Shown here: positions 36,143 through 49,100 of the stretch, piece after piece
Position numbering within the stretch: position 1 is the first letter of the stretch
Layout: every line of letters starts with the position of its first letter
Program-made: the position numbers and the translations under genes
Origin: Camelus dromedarius
Lineage: Eukaryota
Reading direction: 5' to 3'
Assembly (NCBI RefSeq): GCF_036321535.1
Contig: NC_087436.1
Coordinates: 34,908,001 to 34,972,000 of the forward strand
DNA: 64,000 nt
The notes under the pieces: model-generated
Databases searched by the model: none
What the model was told of the DNA's origin: nothing
Seen by the model: only the letters and a program-made list of their open reading frames with translations

Positions 36143-38251
36143 AACAGAAAATTTAGAGCATGAATGAATTATTTAAAGTGAAATTATAAAGGTACATTAT
36201 GGAAGTCTTAGCATCTGGAAAATAATATGCTATGAAATTCTGGCATCATAAATACCTGGAAGGGTTAAAATTGATCACCTCATACTGCAGAAACTTTGTT
36301 ATCCATCTCCTCAGCTTCTCCTCCACTTCCTGCTTTGGGTTCTTTTTTAAGAAAACTACTTCAAGGATGTAGAAGCTGGTTTTTGATGTCAAAGTGACAC
36401 TTCCCTTGTTTCTTTTGATTGAGGAGAGGCCTGGAAATTTCATTAGTCCCTCATTAGGGTTTTCAAGGAGTCCAGCTATTGATTTCATAAAATGCCTTTC
36501 CTGTATTTTTCTGTAGATGTATACAATAGCCGCTAACACATCCTCCTCCGGGACCCACTGTGTTTTCCAGGAGAAAGGCAGACACTCAACTAGCAATCTG
36601 ACCTTTAGAATTCTTAGATGATGTAAGAGAGAATTGTTTGTTATTTTAAAATTTTTTTCTTCTACTGCATAGCTAATTACTTGGAAACGAAAATTCCCGA
36701 GTAATTACAAAACATATGGATAAATAATTATAAAAATTATTCAACTTGATTTTCTTGATGATGGGACAGCAATGAGCTTGACATCTGGCACAAGGCTAGC
36801 ACTTAAAAACTACTTATTGATTTCTAAATAATAATAGCAATTAGAGTTCCTAGTTAGTTACATTAGTTCCTGCATGTATGTTAGGGATTTATAAAGGTTC
36901 ATGAACTCTTTGAGGTCAAAAGGATAACAATTAGCCATTTGTGAAAGAGAAGCTGTACAATCAACTTTTCTGGAAGTTTTTCCTTCTATAAAACTGTTTA
37001 AGACAAAATTCACAGTCTAATGCCTTGCAGTTTCCTACATTCCTGATTTTGATCCTTAATTTCTTTGGCTTCAGCTTCCTCTTCCGTTAAATAAAAATAA
37101 CAATACCACAGTCATCTATATTAAAAAGATAATGCAGAATAAGTGTTAGCTATTCAAACACTAATTCTCTAATCCCTTCCCAAACAAAACTAAAACAAAA
37201 CGAAATAATAGTAGAATTAAGAACGAATACATATTCAAGATTCCAGAAAAGTAGAGGTAAGAACAGAAGACTGTAAATCAAAAGACCAGAATATGAGTTT
37301 CAGTTCTTATAATTCTATTTTCTTCATTTAAAATAGGAATAAGATCACTTGTCATAATATCTCGTCAAGTTACTATGTAAAAGCACCTCTGTGCTCTAGA
37401 AGCTCTAATGGTATAGCTACGATTGCCATGGTTCTTCTCTTTTTCTATTCAAATTCTCCCCACCCCTCAAGATGCAGATCAAATCACTTTTTCCTAAGAA
37501 TCCCTAGTTCCATTCAGCCCCAATGAATGAACTCAGCTCCTGTTACATATACAATTAAATCAGACAGTACTCATTAACTTTCTCATGACATCGTTTATCT
37601 AATGATTGTATGGTGTTATCTGACTTTTCCTGTGTTATCTCTAAAATTAGGCTGTATACTTCTTAAGGTTATTAATGATTTCTTATTTTTCTTCGGGTCT
37701 TTTATAGCTTACAATGTTTTATACATAATTAATGTACTACTAATAGTTGTTGATTTCTATATTCCAACCAGAATCAATATATAAATCATCACTAATTTTC
37801 CTATTAGACAGCTGCTATCATTTCATGACTTTAGGTAATCATTTAAAACAAACTTTCAAATAAGCATAAATGTGTTTAATAGTATTTCATAATAGATACA
37901 TATGAGTTCTATATGTCATTAGAAGTTCCTTATCTTTTTGTCCTTGGTTGCCATAAATCTAGCTATTGAGACAATTTGTTGACTATAAGCTATTTCCCTT
38001 CTTAAGGAGGGAAACAACTTCTGAGTCCCTGTTTTTATTCTGAAAAAGGTGTATACATTTTGTTTCCGAAGATTTTGTGGAAAGGAAATACCAATATAAC
38101 TTAAAATGTGGTATTTTATGTTTGTTATATAAAGATTCACTTTTGAACCAGAAGGAAATAGGCTGAGGATATATAATCCTGGTTGGTTTATATGGATAAA
38201 GAGACATGTAAAGCAAACCACTGTTCCCAGGAATAAGAAATCTGTCCCTAT

Positions 38252-38737
38252 TGTGAACAAAAGATACTGCAAACCGTATCAGTAAACAAAGAATGCTGAA
38301 GCCATCGAGTCATCAGTGGCTGCCGCCACCCCCCAGTGAAGACAAGCCTGCAGCCCAGCCTCTGCAGCCACTCACAGTGTTGCACTCTGAGGGGACTCAG
38401 AATAAGAAAGGACAGGATACTGGCCCTAGATAGCTAGGTGCTTGTCAAAGGAATGAATTCAATGAGCCCAAATGCTTGCTTCCTCCCATACATAGAAAAG
38501 CACTAAACTCTTTAATTTGAGATATCTGGTTTTCTTTAGTTAACAAGTAATCTTTTATTGTTCCAACTACCTGGTCTTTGTTGTAAAGCTCCTATATATC
38601 CTAGCTCTTCCCCTCCCTCTTCAGAGAATCCCTCAGAGCGATCTGAGAGGCTGTCATCCCGGGCTGAGTCCTCAGAATTGTCCACCGAATAAAACGTAAC
38701 TCTGAACTTTAAGGTTGTGCATTTATTTCACTCAACA
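38252..38737 (+). mobile_element. Solo ERV1-type LTR, 486 bp
   Basis: TG...CA ends and a perfect 4-bp TSD ctat (38248-38251, 38738-38741). TATA-like tatata near 38593 and AATAAA near 38688. Confidence 0.88.
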
Positions 38738-39691
38738 CTATTATCTCTACATCTACCTGCTATGCAACAGAGCAGCAGATTCTTTATAAAGTTAAACTTG
38801 AAATCCTAGTCAACTCCTCAGCTCCTGGGCTCAGTCCATATACTTAAGCCATTCAAAACACAGAAGCAACTTCATACCTCAAAGGCCTAAGAAAACAATT
38901 CTCTCTGACATTTTTATGCTATAAGCATTAATGTGGACGTTTCTTAAACATGGCAAAAAATTCTAACACTCATCCAAAAATTAAGTCGACAGAAAGAATT
39001 GTTTTGTTGTGTGTGTGTGCGTGTATTTTAACGTGAAAGCAGTGCCAAGATCGGTAAGTTCACTTTTAAAATACCACCTTTCAATAAACTATCAGTTTTC
39101 TGTGCAGAAACTATTTCACTGAGTCAGGTAAATCCAGCCATACAAGTTAGCCTGCAGCGTTCCATTTATAGAAGTAGTAAGAGCGGATCTAAACAGATGG
39201 GAATCTTTTACGTTTCTGGTACTCCACAAACACAGGAACACTGCTCACCAAAGTGATCTCCACACTGCTGAGGTGAGGCAGGAAGGCCATGACATGAAAA
39301 CAAACAAACAAACAAAACTCTCTGATCAATGAAGGGTAAAAGAGTGGTCAACCTCTGCGGTAAAATGAGACCCTGGCTAGGACTCCGTAACTCCTACACA
39401 ACAATTACCATCATCAGAACACACGTAAAAGTCTCTGTCAAGCCCTTCATTTATGTGTGAGCAAATTTCCACTCAGAGAGTTAGAATTTCGTCGTGACAC
39501 AGAACTCCAGAGGGTTCCTTGAGCCTCTGGCAAACATCCTGGATCTTAGTCAAGTATCCTATCCAGGAGATCACAAGCGGGTCCAGGCGTCACTTTTTCA
39601 TTTAACAACCAGATAGGGAACAGGTACATGGTGCCAGCACTGGGGACTGCCTTCCATCCTGTCAGGCCCAATGACAAAAGGTGGGGGTAAA

Positions 39692-39735
39692 GCGCACACA
39701 CACACACCCACACACACACACACACGTGCGCGCGC
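39692..39735. repeat. Alternating purine-pyrimidine (CA)n-(CG)n tract
   Basis: Directly visible in the sequence. Confidence 0.9.
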
Positions 39736-42700
39736 CCTTATATTTGGTTCCAGGAATAAAGGTTTGTCTCCTGTGGGTCTTGAAACATAGCATTGCGTAT
39801 TCTGCTGTAAGGCTAGGAACCAGAGGAAGTTTCCTGAGATAAATCAACTTATTTCACTTTCAAACTCTCCCATGAACTCAGTGAGAGAATGAGAGGAAAG
39901 GCTGTAATAAGAAGGACACTGGATCCGCGTTTAAGGCTAATGGATTCTGCCCGACTCTACCATTTACTGCCCGTCTCCTTCCGCCCCCGTCTCCCACCCG
40001 CCCCTCCTGTAATGGAATACAACTTAACCTCTCATCTCAGAATCCTCCCAACTGATAATGTAACAATAAAACCCTCTATATACAGTTTATACAGTTGCTA
40101 GAATTAAATGAGAAAATCAATGTAAAAGCGCTTTATATATTTTTAAACACACTGCAAACAACAAAGTTATTCTTCAAGGTCATAAAAGAGACAATAGATT
40201 CTTTTTAAGGAATATAACTTAAATATTGCACAAATGCAGTTCCTTAACCAAAATTAATATCTTAAATAATTTATATTGGCTTGGCTTAATAAGCTAGAAT
40301 TTATGACCTTGATCATCAAATGTATGCCTTACTGGTGATTATGAGAATAAGTGGAAAATAATACCCCATGACATGGAGAAATTGCAAATAATAATATGCA
40401 GACCCATTTAAAACATTTATATTTACACACAATTAGATAGAAACGGAAACATATTTTGGTATTCTGTTGAAGTTAAAATGTGAACTTAGAACAGAAAATA
40501 GAACTACATTCCAACTTCTAAAAGAAATAATTTTTAAAACATTTGGTGTATGATGCTAATGATTGGCTCTGCATATAAGTAGGTAAATGAGGCAATTATA
40601 ATGTGTACTATCTAAAGCTATTTCCTAGGTGTCCTATCAAATCATCACATTTAGCTTTGGAGACAGGAAATAAATTATAGCATCATTTTAAAGAGATAAG
40701 TATATTCATTTGAGGTTGGGCCTATACAAAGGAAACCATCAGGTTGAAAATGATTGCCCTTTTTCTGATGATTTTCTTGATGAAAGTATGAAGCGTTTTC
40801 CAGCATGGCAAAAGAAGCTGAGCTCAAATGTGAAATGCTTGACTGTCTTGTTTGCAACACACATTTTTATTTGCAGCTACAGCAAGAGAGATGAAATTCT
40901 GCCTGGTGAGTGTAAGGGAGAAAGATAAGCCCTTATATCAAGAGTTTCTGCTAACCTTACCACATTTAGTATCAGAAATAAAGTAGAGCTTTCCAGTTTA
41001 CTGAATTCTGAAGCCAAGAAAATGAGATGGGAGGAAAAAAATTGTAAAAAGAAAACCCTACATACATTCTGTTTTAGTAATCTTGTCTGCTTCCAGGGCA
41101 CTAGATAACTATAATAGGATTAACTTTAGGACAGTTTTAATAAACAGAATTATTAAGTTATTGAGTTCATGCTATATCTTATATACACAGGCACATTTTT
41201 CTTGTGGTTTAATTGAGGACTGGATTTTCAATCTGGTAGAAGGTCTCCTATATATAATAATAAATAGAGTTAAAGAAAAAATTTTTAGTCAAACTCTTTT
41301 CTCTTTCTCAGTCAACTGCATTTGAATGAGGACATTTCCATTTGCTTGGTATAAGGATTTTTTAAGCCATCCTCTATTAAGCAGGAAATTGCAAAGAACT
41401 GAACTAAGTTTTGAGTTCAGGTAGATCTAAATTTTATTCTAAAATTCTTGCATTTATTTTTTAATAAACTTACAACTTTAAGTAACTCATCTGAGCCGGT
41501 ATGCTCATTAAGCCAGAAATATTAATAATGATCAGTTATGGTGCTTAGTTGTAAGAAACAGACTTCACCTGATTAATGAGAAAAATAGGCTAATAATAGA
41601 GTGGACAATTATGGAGTGCCTTCTACTTGTTACAGAGTCTTCAAAAGACTACAATCATTGAATCCCCACGTTTCTATTATTCCCTGTCACAGGCGAGGAA
41701 ACTGAAGCACACAGGGATTAAGTTATTTACCCAAGGTCACATACAACTAGGCAGTGGCAGATCTGGGCCTGTGCTCTTTAACACTCTAAACTGAGTCTTG
41801 ACGTTGTTAAAATAATATTGGGTAACTCACATAAATATTGGGGGTGCTGGAATACCAGACTCAAGGCTAAGTAGCCAGAAGCAATGCTCAAAATCATGCT
41901 GACGATACCGTTCCCACTGCTGCCAGAACTCTACTCTAACCGTGTGAATCTATGCCATTGTAACTTACATTCAGCTTCCACCTATGCCCCTGTCAGTGTC
42001 ATCAGCAGCCACTGTTACTGCTACCATCCCAGGGAAGGAGGGACAGAGCTCCCATCCTCAGTCAGGCTCTGGTGAGGCTGGATGTCAGGAGGGAAGTTCG
42101 GGGGAGGTTGGCCGGGGAGGTGCGCTCAGGGAAGGCTGGAAAGAGAGCTTCTATTTTGTTAAGATCCTCCGACCTAGAACGCTACCACATCCTCATTAAG
42201 TCTCAGAAGGTGAGGATTCTTCCAACAGAGAAAGTCTCTTAAATGTTGAAAAAGCAAAACTAATAACAAAATCCCACATTAACTGTTCTAAAGATTAACA
42301 GACATAACGTGTCTAAAAGGGCCCATGGTTTAGTCATTAATCGTGACTGTTCCAGTGTCAGCCTACCTCAACCCCCAGTTTTTCCCTCACAAGTTGCGTA
42401 ACTTTAGATAAATTCCTTTACCTCACTGAGTTATTTGCTTCATTGTAAGTTTTTGTGAGGATTAAACAGAATAAAACATGTAAATAATAAATCATATTAA
42501 GCACTCCATATAAAGTAAACCTAGCTACATCTATGCAATATTAAAATAACTGGTGAGTTTAAAAAAAGAAAATTAATATGCTGATTTTTTTTTTTTTTTT
42601 TACCAGCTGACAGAATTTCTCTGATTCAGGTTAAGTGCAAAGTTTCAATCAGTTCTTTTCCAAACAGTTGGGAAAATTCCATTGAAAATCTATATCCATT

Positions 42701-44020
42701 TTTTAATCATTAATTTAGAATTTAAAGGAGCAGAATATTACCATAAAATGGGTAAATCTAGGTCTTGAAGTTTCCATTCAGTTTTGGAAGCTGATGGGTG
42801 TGCTATTGGGCTCTGTCCTTGGCCTTGCTTTGCTCAGTGTTCATGCCAGTAATTAGGACATGCATATATTGAAAATTTTATCAGGTACAGGCCTGATACA
42901 ATGTTGGAAATTACGAAGAATAAGAAACTCTACCAACTGTAAGCATTTAACACAAAAATTGAAATTTAAAAGGGATAAATAGAAGGTCCTGTATTAATAA
43001 GCCAAAAATCCAATTACACAAGTACTTAATGTGTAAGTCATAGCTTAGTTGGTTTTGAGTGCAGTGCAGATCAGTCACACAAAAATATGAAGCAGGGGAC
43101 AAGTTCAGGGGTCTAGAACCTAACTTGATATCCATGGAGACATCAGAACTGACCCAGACACAAATACGGACTTCAAAGGAGCAAGCAAAACATCAAAGCA
43201 CAGTCTTCAGAGGGGATGGCCAGGCCAATCCTGATTATAAGAAACTTGGCCTTCAGGCTTCTTCAAAAGTAGATAAGAGGCAGCAGTGAATCTTCACTAA
43301 ACAGCTGAAGGAAAACAGAAAAGCACACTCTCTTCATAAAGACAAATACAAGAAAAGGCACAGCTAATTAGCAGCACCAAGAAAATGAACTTGAAGGCAA
43401 AACTAGGAAGCTTTGTATGCACAAACTGCATGACTGAGTTGCTTTAAAAAGTAAACGCGTGATTAGTCTTCATTAGTGGAAACGTTATACCTGTAATTAG
43501 AAGAGGGACACTCCTGATTTATTCTGCCCCAGACAAAAAAACCACACTTGACATTTGAGTTTGCCCTGTGGTTCAAGAGACAAAGCTGCTACATTCAGAG
43601 AAGCCATCGTGAGTGAAGCAATTCAATACCATCCACTTTAGCCATGACTGAAGAGATTAAGAATATTTGGTTTGGACCAAGGGGAACTCAAGAATGACAT
43701 TATAATTATGTTCATCTAATATCTGAAGGATGGCCATTTAGAAGATACATTAGATTTGTTTTGACCCAGCGTTAGATCGTATAACTCAAGTAGATGAGAT
43801 GGTGAAAAGATGTTGGTTCATACCTAGTAAAAATAAAATGCTTGTGCGCTTGTTGTTTTATATTTAAAATAATTACACGAGGAACACAAGAACAAATACA
43901 CAATAACAGGTACATGAAAAAATGTGAGAACCCTTCTTCAACATTCCAAGTTACATTTTTTTTTCTGGTTTCCTTTTTTGTAGAGAGGTTTTGTATTTGT
44001 AAATGTTAACAATGTCACTT

Positions 44021-44187
44021 CTTTTTAAAAGCATTTTAAAATTGTTTCCTTTTTTGGGGAGGGAGAGATAATTAGGTTTATTTATTACTTATTTTTCTTT
44101 TTTATTTAACAGAGGTGCTGGGGATTGAATTCAGGACCTCATGCATGCTAAGCACGGACTCTACCACTGAGCTATATCCTCCACTCC
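44021..44187 (-). mobile_element. tRNA-derived SINE (camelid Vic-1-like)
   Basis: Minus strand reads atatagctcagtggtagag..catgaggtcctgaattcaatccccagcacctc (A and B boxes) and aaacctaatta. TSD aacaatgtca at 44008 and 44188. Confidence 0.88.
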
Positions 44188-44529
44188 AACAATGTCAGTT
44201 TTTAAGCATTCTGAGTTTTGGATTATTTTGTAAAGTCCTTAATGTTAAAATTATACTACTTTCATAATTTTATGTTTAGCTCATGATTCACAGGGAATCC
44301 TTCGTACGTACTTTGTGCAAGTGTCATGTAACCTTTATTTCCAGATATGTAGGTCAACATCTCAACCTTTGTTCACTAGTGTGTGCCACAAAGGAGAGAA
44401 TGATCAGAACTGCCGTGTCACACAAAAGAAAACCACAAGCAGATGCCACTGACTTCCTACCCAATATTCACTCTCATTTCTCCTGCTATTTTAACCTCAA
44501 CTCTGTTTAAAGCAGAATGTGTCTTCTTA

Positions 44530-44935
44530 AAAGCTAACTTCCAGCCTTTTCTGAAACTAGGGGTGCATGGAACACAGATCTGGCCACAGCGTTGGAGGCA
44601 AAAGTCTTCTGGGCAAGTCTAGGAAGGATTACTTTTCAATGTGGGCATCATATTGAATAGAGTTTCCAATATAAGGGCTTTTTATCCCTTTTACCTTCCT
44701 CTTAGGTCCTGGAATGCAGATGTGAGACAAGAATGATGAATGAATGTGAGACAAGAATTATGACTGTGAGACGCATAGGAAAATGCAAAATCACATCCAC
44801 ATCCAAAGGACGGTGGTCTTTAGACAGAAGGAGCTTGGGATGTTAATGGTGTTGAGAAGTTGTTGCACTACTATGATACATCTTGTTAAGTGAAAGCTTT
44901 ATTCAAGTCACTGGATTCAAATTTCTGCTGAATTC
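44530..44935. mobile_element. Old MaLR LTR fragment; another lies at about 45540-45860
   Basis: cctggaatgcagatgtga and gacagaaggagcttggg are MLT1-like motifs. Confidence 0.55.
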
Positions 44936-46092
44936 AGTATATCTACAGCAATCACTACTCGGGATGGATTTCTAGAATCAAAATTCCTTTTCAAAAATTT
45001 GAAACCAATACTCCACAGTCTTTTAGATTCCAGAGCTTCAAATAAAACAATGACAGTAACAGCTTATTCTTGTTTGTCGAGCCTTTCCTTTTTTCTTTTT
45101 TTCAGGCTCCTCAACAGCGTTTAGAAATTTCTCTCTGTTATAGTTTTGAAATTTCTTAAGAAGGTATAAGTGAGTTTGTTTTTTGTTTATTTATATTGTG
45201 TAGCTCTTAGAGGGTCATTTTAAATCAGACACAGATCTTACCTAAGTCCTGAGGATTAGTTCTCTTGCTTCATATCCTTTGATCCGTCCTTCTAAATAAC
45301 TCTGAAGGGGATGTGGGAATTTTCAAATCTATCTCCACAGTCGATCAAGCCTTCCTAATATTTTTTAACTCTTTTTGATGTTGTTTATTCATTGGCCATC
45401 TTTATACTAGAGAACTCCTGATCACTGGTGGATGCCACTTCTGAGGGAAAAGCCAGAGGAGGCTGCAGATTGCACTGACCGTGGCTTCTGGGTAAGTAGC
45501 AACCCCCTTCCTCTTGGATGCTCCAAAGTACTTAACTGCTCGTAGATTTAAGTCAGGCTTTGTTTTGGTATTTTAATAGCCAATCCCTAGATCTCAGTGA
45601 CATCAAACAATAAATAATTATCATAGTCCTTCAGGCACCCAGGCTGACAGGGGCTCTGTCTGGTTGTGAGTCTAACATTTCTATATGAAGCTTCAGGGTT
45701 CACAACGGAAGGTGCAGAGTATGTTTTCTAAATGTTCCCATCCTGGAGTGACACATGTCACTTCCTTACACATTTTATTGGCTTTAAGCAAGTGATACAG
45801 CCACTTCTACCCATAAAGGGATATGCAGTGAGAAAGGAGAAAGCTAATATCTGAGAAGTCTGTTACTGCCTACTCTCCCTTACATGGCACGGAGACTGAG
45901 TCGTCAGAACGGACAGTGGCCAGAGCACCAGACTGGGGTCTTGCAGCCCCTTGTAGTCCCAGACTTACTCTTTGGTTGCTGAATCATACGGAGATCTAAG
46001 GGTCCTGGAAGAAATGCTTGGGAGGCTGGGCGACGGAGGAATTTTTGGGGCCAAGAGTAGTGTTGATTGAATAACTTGAAAAGCCCTACAAT

Positions 46093-46171
46093 TTTTTTTT
46101 AACATTTTTTATTGAGTTATAGTTATTTTACAATGTTGTGGCAATTTCCAGTGTAGAACACAATTTTTCAG
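46093..46171 (-). mobile_element. 79-bp extremely 5'-truncated L1 3' end
   Basis: Poly-T followed by aacattttttattgagttatag..tacaatgttgtg. Perfect 15-bp TSD gaaaagccctacaat (46078-46092, 46172-46186). Confidence 0.88.
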
Positions 46172-49100
46172 GAAAAGCCCTACAATATTTAAACAACTGG
46201 TTTAGCTGGTCTGTCCCAGCTGCATATCAGTCTTGCCCCGTCCTTCCTCCCAGGTGGCCACATCCTCATGGCTTTCACTTAGAAGGGAAACTCTGCTGCC
46301 TATTAATCAGCAAAAACATAGGTGCCATTCTATTAATTTTTCGGAGCCAGGGTCCCAGTGATTCATCCCTGCAATTGCCAAAAGGAACGCTCTGCTCTGC
46401 ATCCTGTGTCTCTGAGCATGTTGTGCCCTAGACTCACCCCCACCTCTGCAGTAGCCCTTCCCCAGAATAGCTTGAGCTGTGGCTGTATGGACAACCTGAT
46501 CCCATATACTCTATATTTTTTGAAATTCCCCAAAGTGTCCAGCTTCCTGGTGGCACTATTTATCGTTTGCCAGTGATAATATTGACCTCTTCCTTTTAAA
46601 ATCCAAATTCTGTCATTTCTAAGAATTTGAAGTGGGAAGGAAGATAGTCAGGTTTGCTTATTCTGCTGTTTTGATACTATGTTTAAATGGGTTATCTACC
46701 AAAGTTTCCCCCGAGAAGGGATGAATTTTACATGACTAAAATTTTCCTTGGGGTGTAGGAAACAAGAGAAAACAAAAGAAAAGCAATAAGGGGTAATGTT
46801 CAAAACCTGGTATTGAATCCCAGTTTTGCCTGTTAACAATTAAATGCCCTTTCACAACTCACCTGTCTGCTCTGAATCTCTGTCCTCTCATCTGTAAAAT
46901 GGAGCTAATAATTCCTACCTGAAGAATTGGTGCAAATGATGGAGACAATGTATATAAACAAATTTGGATCTTAGCAGCAAGTACTCAATTGTAGTTCTTA
47001 ATATTAGTATAATAATAGAAAATCCATTAATCATAAGATGATGGGTCAAGATCGCCTGCAAGTAGAAGGAAGAAACATTCCAAGTTTATACCTATTTTCT
47101 TAGCCAAGTATTATTAGCACATTCTTCGCTTCACAAAAGTATCCCGGTTTCGAAGACTGGGCATCATATGGTGTAACACCAGTATTAAATACCTTTGAGC
47201 TGCTGTGATTCTGTGGTTCCAGGAGATAGGTGTGTCAGTCAGTGAGGACAAATGTCTTTAGAAGAACTTTGGTAACAAAGGCTAAACCAGCCTTGTTCTT
47301 AAATAAGCACAGCCATATAACTTCTAATTGGAGGATGTGTAGTGGCTAAGCGCTTAGGTGCCGAATCTGACCAGTGTGGGTTGGAATTCAGGCTTTCCTC
47401 TGTATTAGCTCTGGAATTTGGACAGGACTCAACCTCTCTAAGTCTCAGTTTCCTCCTCAGTAAAATGGAAACTCAAAAAATTGTTTGAAGATAAACAAGA
47501 TCTTGCACATCCAGTGCTTATCACATTGTCGGGCACATATTAAACAGCGTAGGTACTTTCTACAGAGGACACAGCACTGCATGGAATTCATCATGCATTT
47601 TGGCACTTTTTAATCTGTGTAGATTGGTTTTGGGTTCTGCTTTTGTCTTGCACTATTTTTCCCCCAATGTGAAGAAACTCACAGCTTTTCAACTTACCAA
47701 TGCTCTGTTTTAGGAAACATATGGCATTGTGTTGAGATTAAATAGAACATCATATAGTCCTGCTGTGATGTTCATGAGTGAAAGAGAAAAGCTGAAGCCA
47801 GTGTTCGCCAAAGACCAGATGGAATGTTACCACTTGTTTCTGTTCATTTCACAGCCCAGACGCGACTGAAACAACAGGATCATCAGGGTCCCCAAAGGAC
47901 AAGAACTCCATGTTGACTTCTGATTTATTGATTCCTTCCATTATTCCAGCATTGGGGTTTAAATGTTAGTGAATGGGATGGTTTTGTTGATGTTTCCTAT
48001 AGTGGTCCCTCGTCCTCCAAGATGCACACTATTTAAACAGGAAATCTTCCCTTTTAGCGCTGGAATAAATACAGCTGATGGTGAACCACCCGCAGGCAGC
48101 TTTCTAACGAAGCCCGTCAAGCCGTGACTTTCCCGCCACGTGGAACAAGGCAGACAAACATAGCAGTGAGAAGAAAAGGCTGACTCTCATTTCTTTGGAA
48201 CTGCTCCTATTTTCAATTCACAGAATTTTGATAAAAGCCATTGTTTCAAGGTCACCTCCAGGGTATTGTGAGACTTTAATGTGAGACTCTTTTTTCTTTC
48301 CAGTCATCCTAAATATTTCCCTTTCTCTTCCTTTTAAGAAAATTTCATCTCTAGCTTTCATGTGTTGTCTATTAACAAAACACGCACATGGAATGCAGAC
48401 TCCCTATTTTTCAAACGTTTCTAGCCTTCAAGGATGGGGAAAGAATTAAACAAGGGAGAAGGCTGGCTTCCAGCAATAACACAGCTTTAATAAATACATG
48501 AAATATTTATAGAACACATAAAGAACAAAGGAAATAGAACACTTCCTCTGTGTATGATTTCTCTCAGTGTTTCAGTCAGCCAGGTCTCCTGCCACTGTTT
48601 TTTTCCTGAGGTGTCTGCTAAGCAACAATGAATGAGATGTACCTGGCTAATGTGCTTTCGACATACGGTCCCTCCTAATTTTCAAAAAGAATCTCAGATG
48701 TTAAGGATGATTGCAATAACATTTTCATTCCGAGTGCTTTATTTTTTCGAGGAAATACATTGGGAAGTCTAAGGCCTTTTAATAAGTTGTAATTTTTTGA
48801 AGACACTATATAACTTTAACAATAACATTTTAAAAATAATATTGAAATATTTAGTTATTAGAATTAGGTATCTACACAATTTAAGAAATTGAGAGGCAGT
48901 TATTTTTTCTAAGTCAAAGAGAAACTTAGTGGTTTCATCTCTACAGCTCCCTCTTAGGGATGCTCTCATTTTCCTAGAATTTAGTTCAAAAAGGCTTTGC
49001 AAATGGAATTATTTTGTTAATTATCAAGAGAAACATTTATATGATTTTTGTGATGAGAAAGACCAAATTAAATCATAACAGACATCTACTTCTGAGTAAA

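Noticed and set aside
36246..36596. 116-aa minus-strand ORF that looks protein-like
   Set aside because: It starts at TTG, has no recognisable domain and only weak splice context, and no supporting minus-strand exons fit. ORFs of this length also occur elsewhere in the window without evident function. A blastp would settle it.
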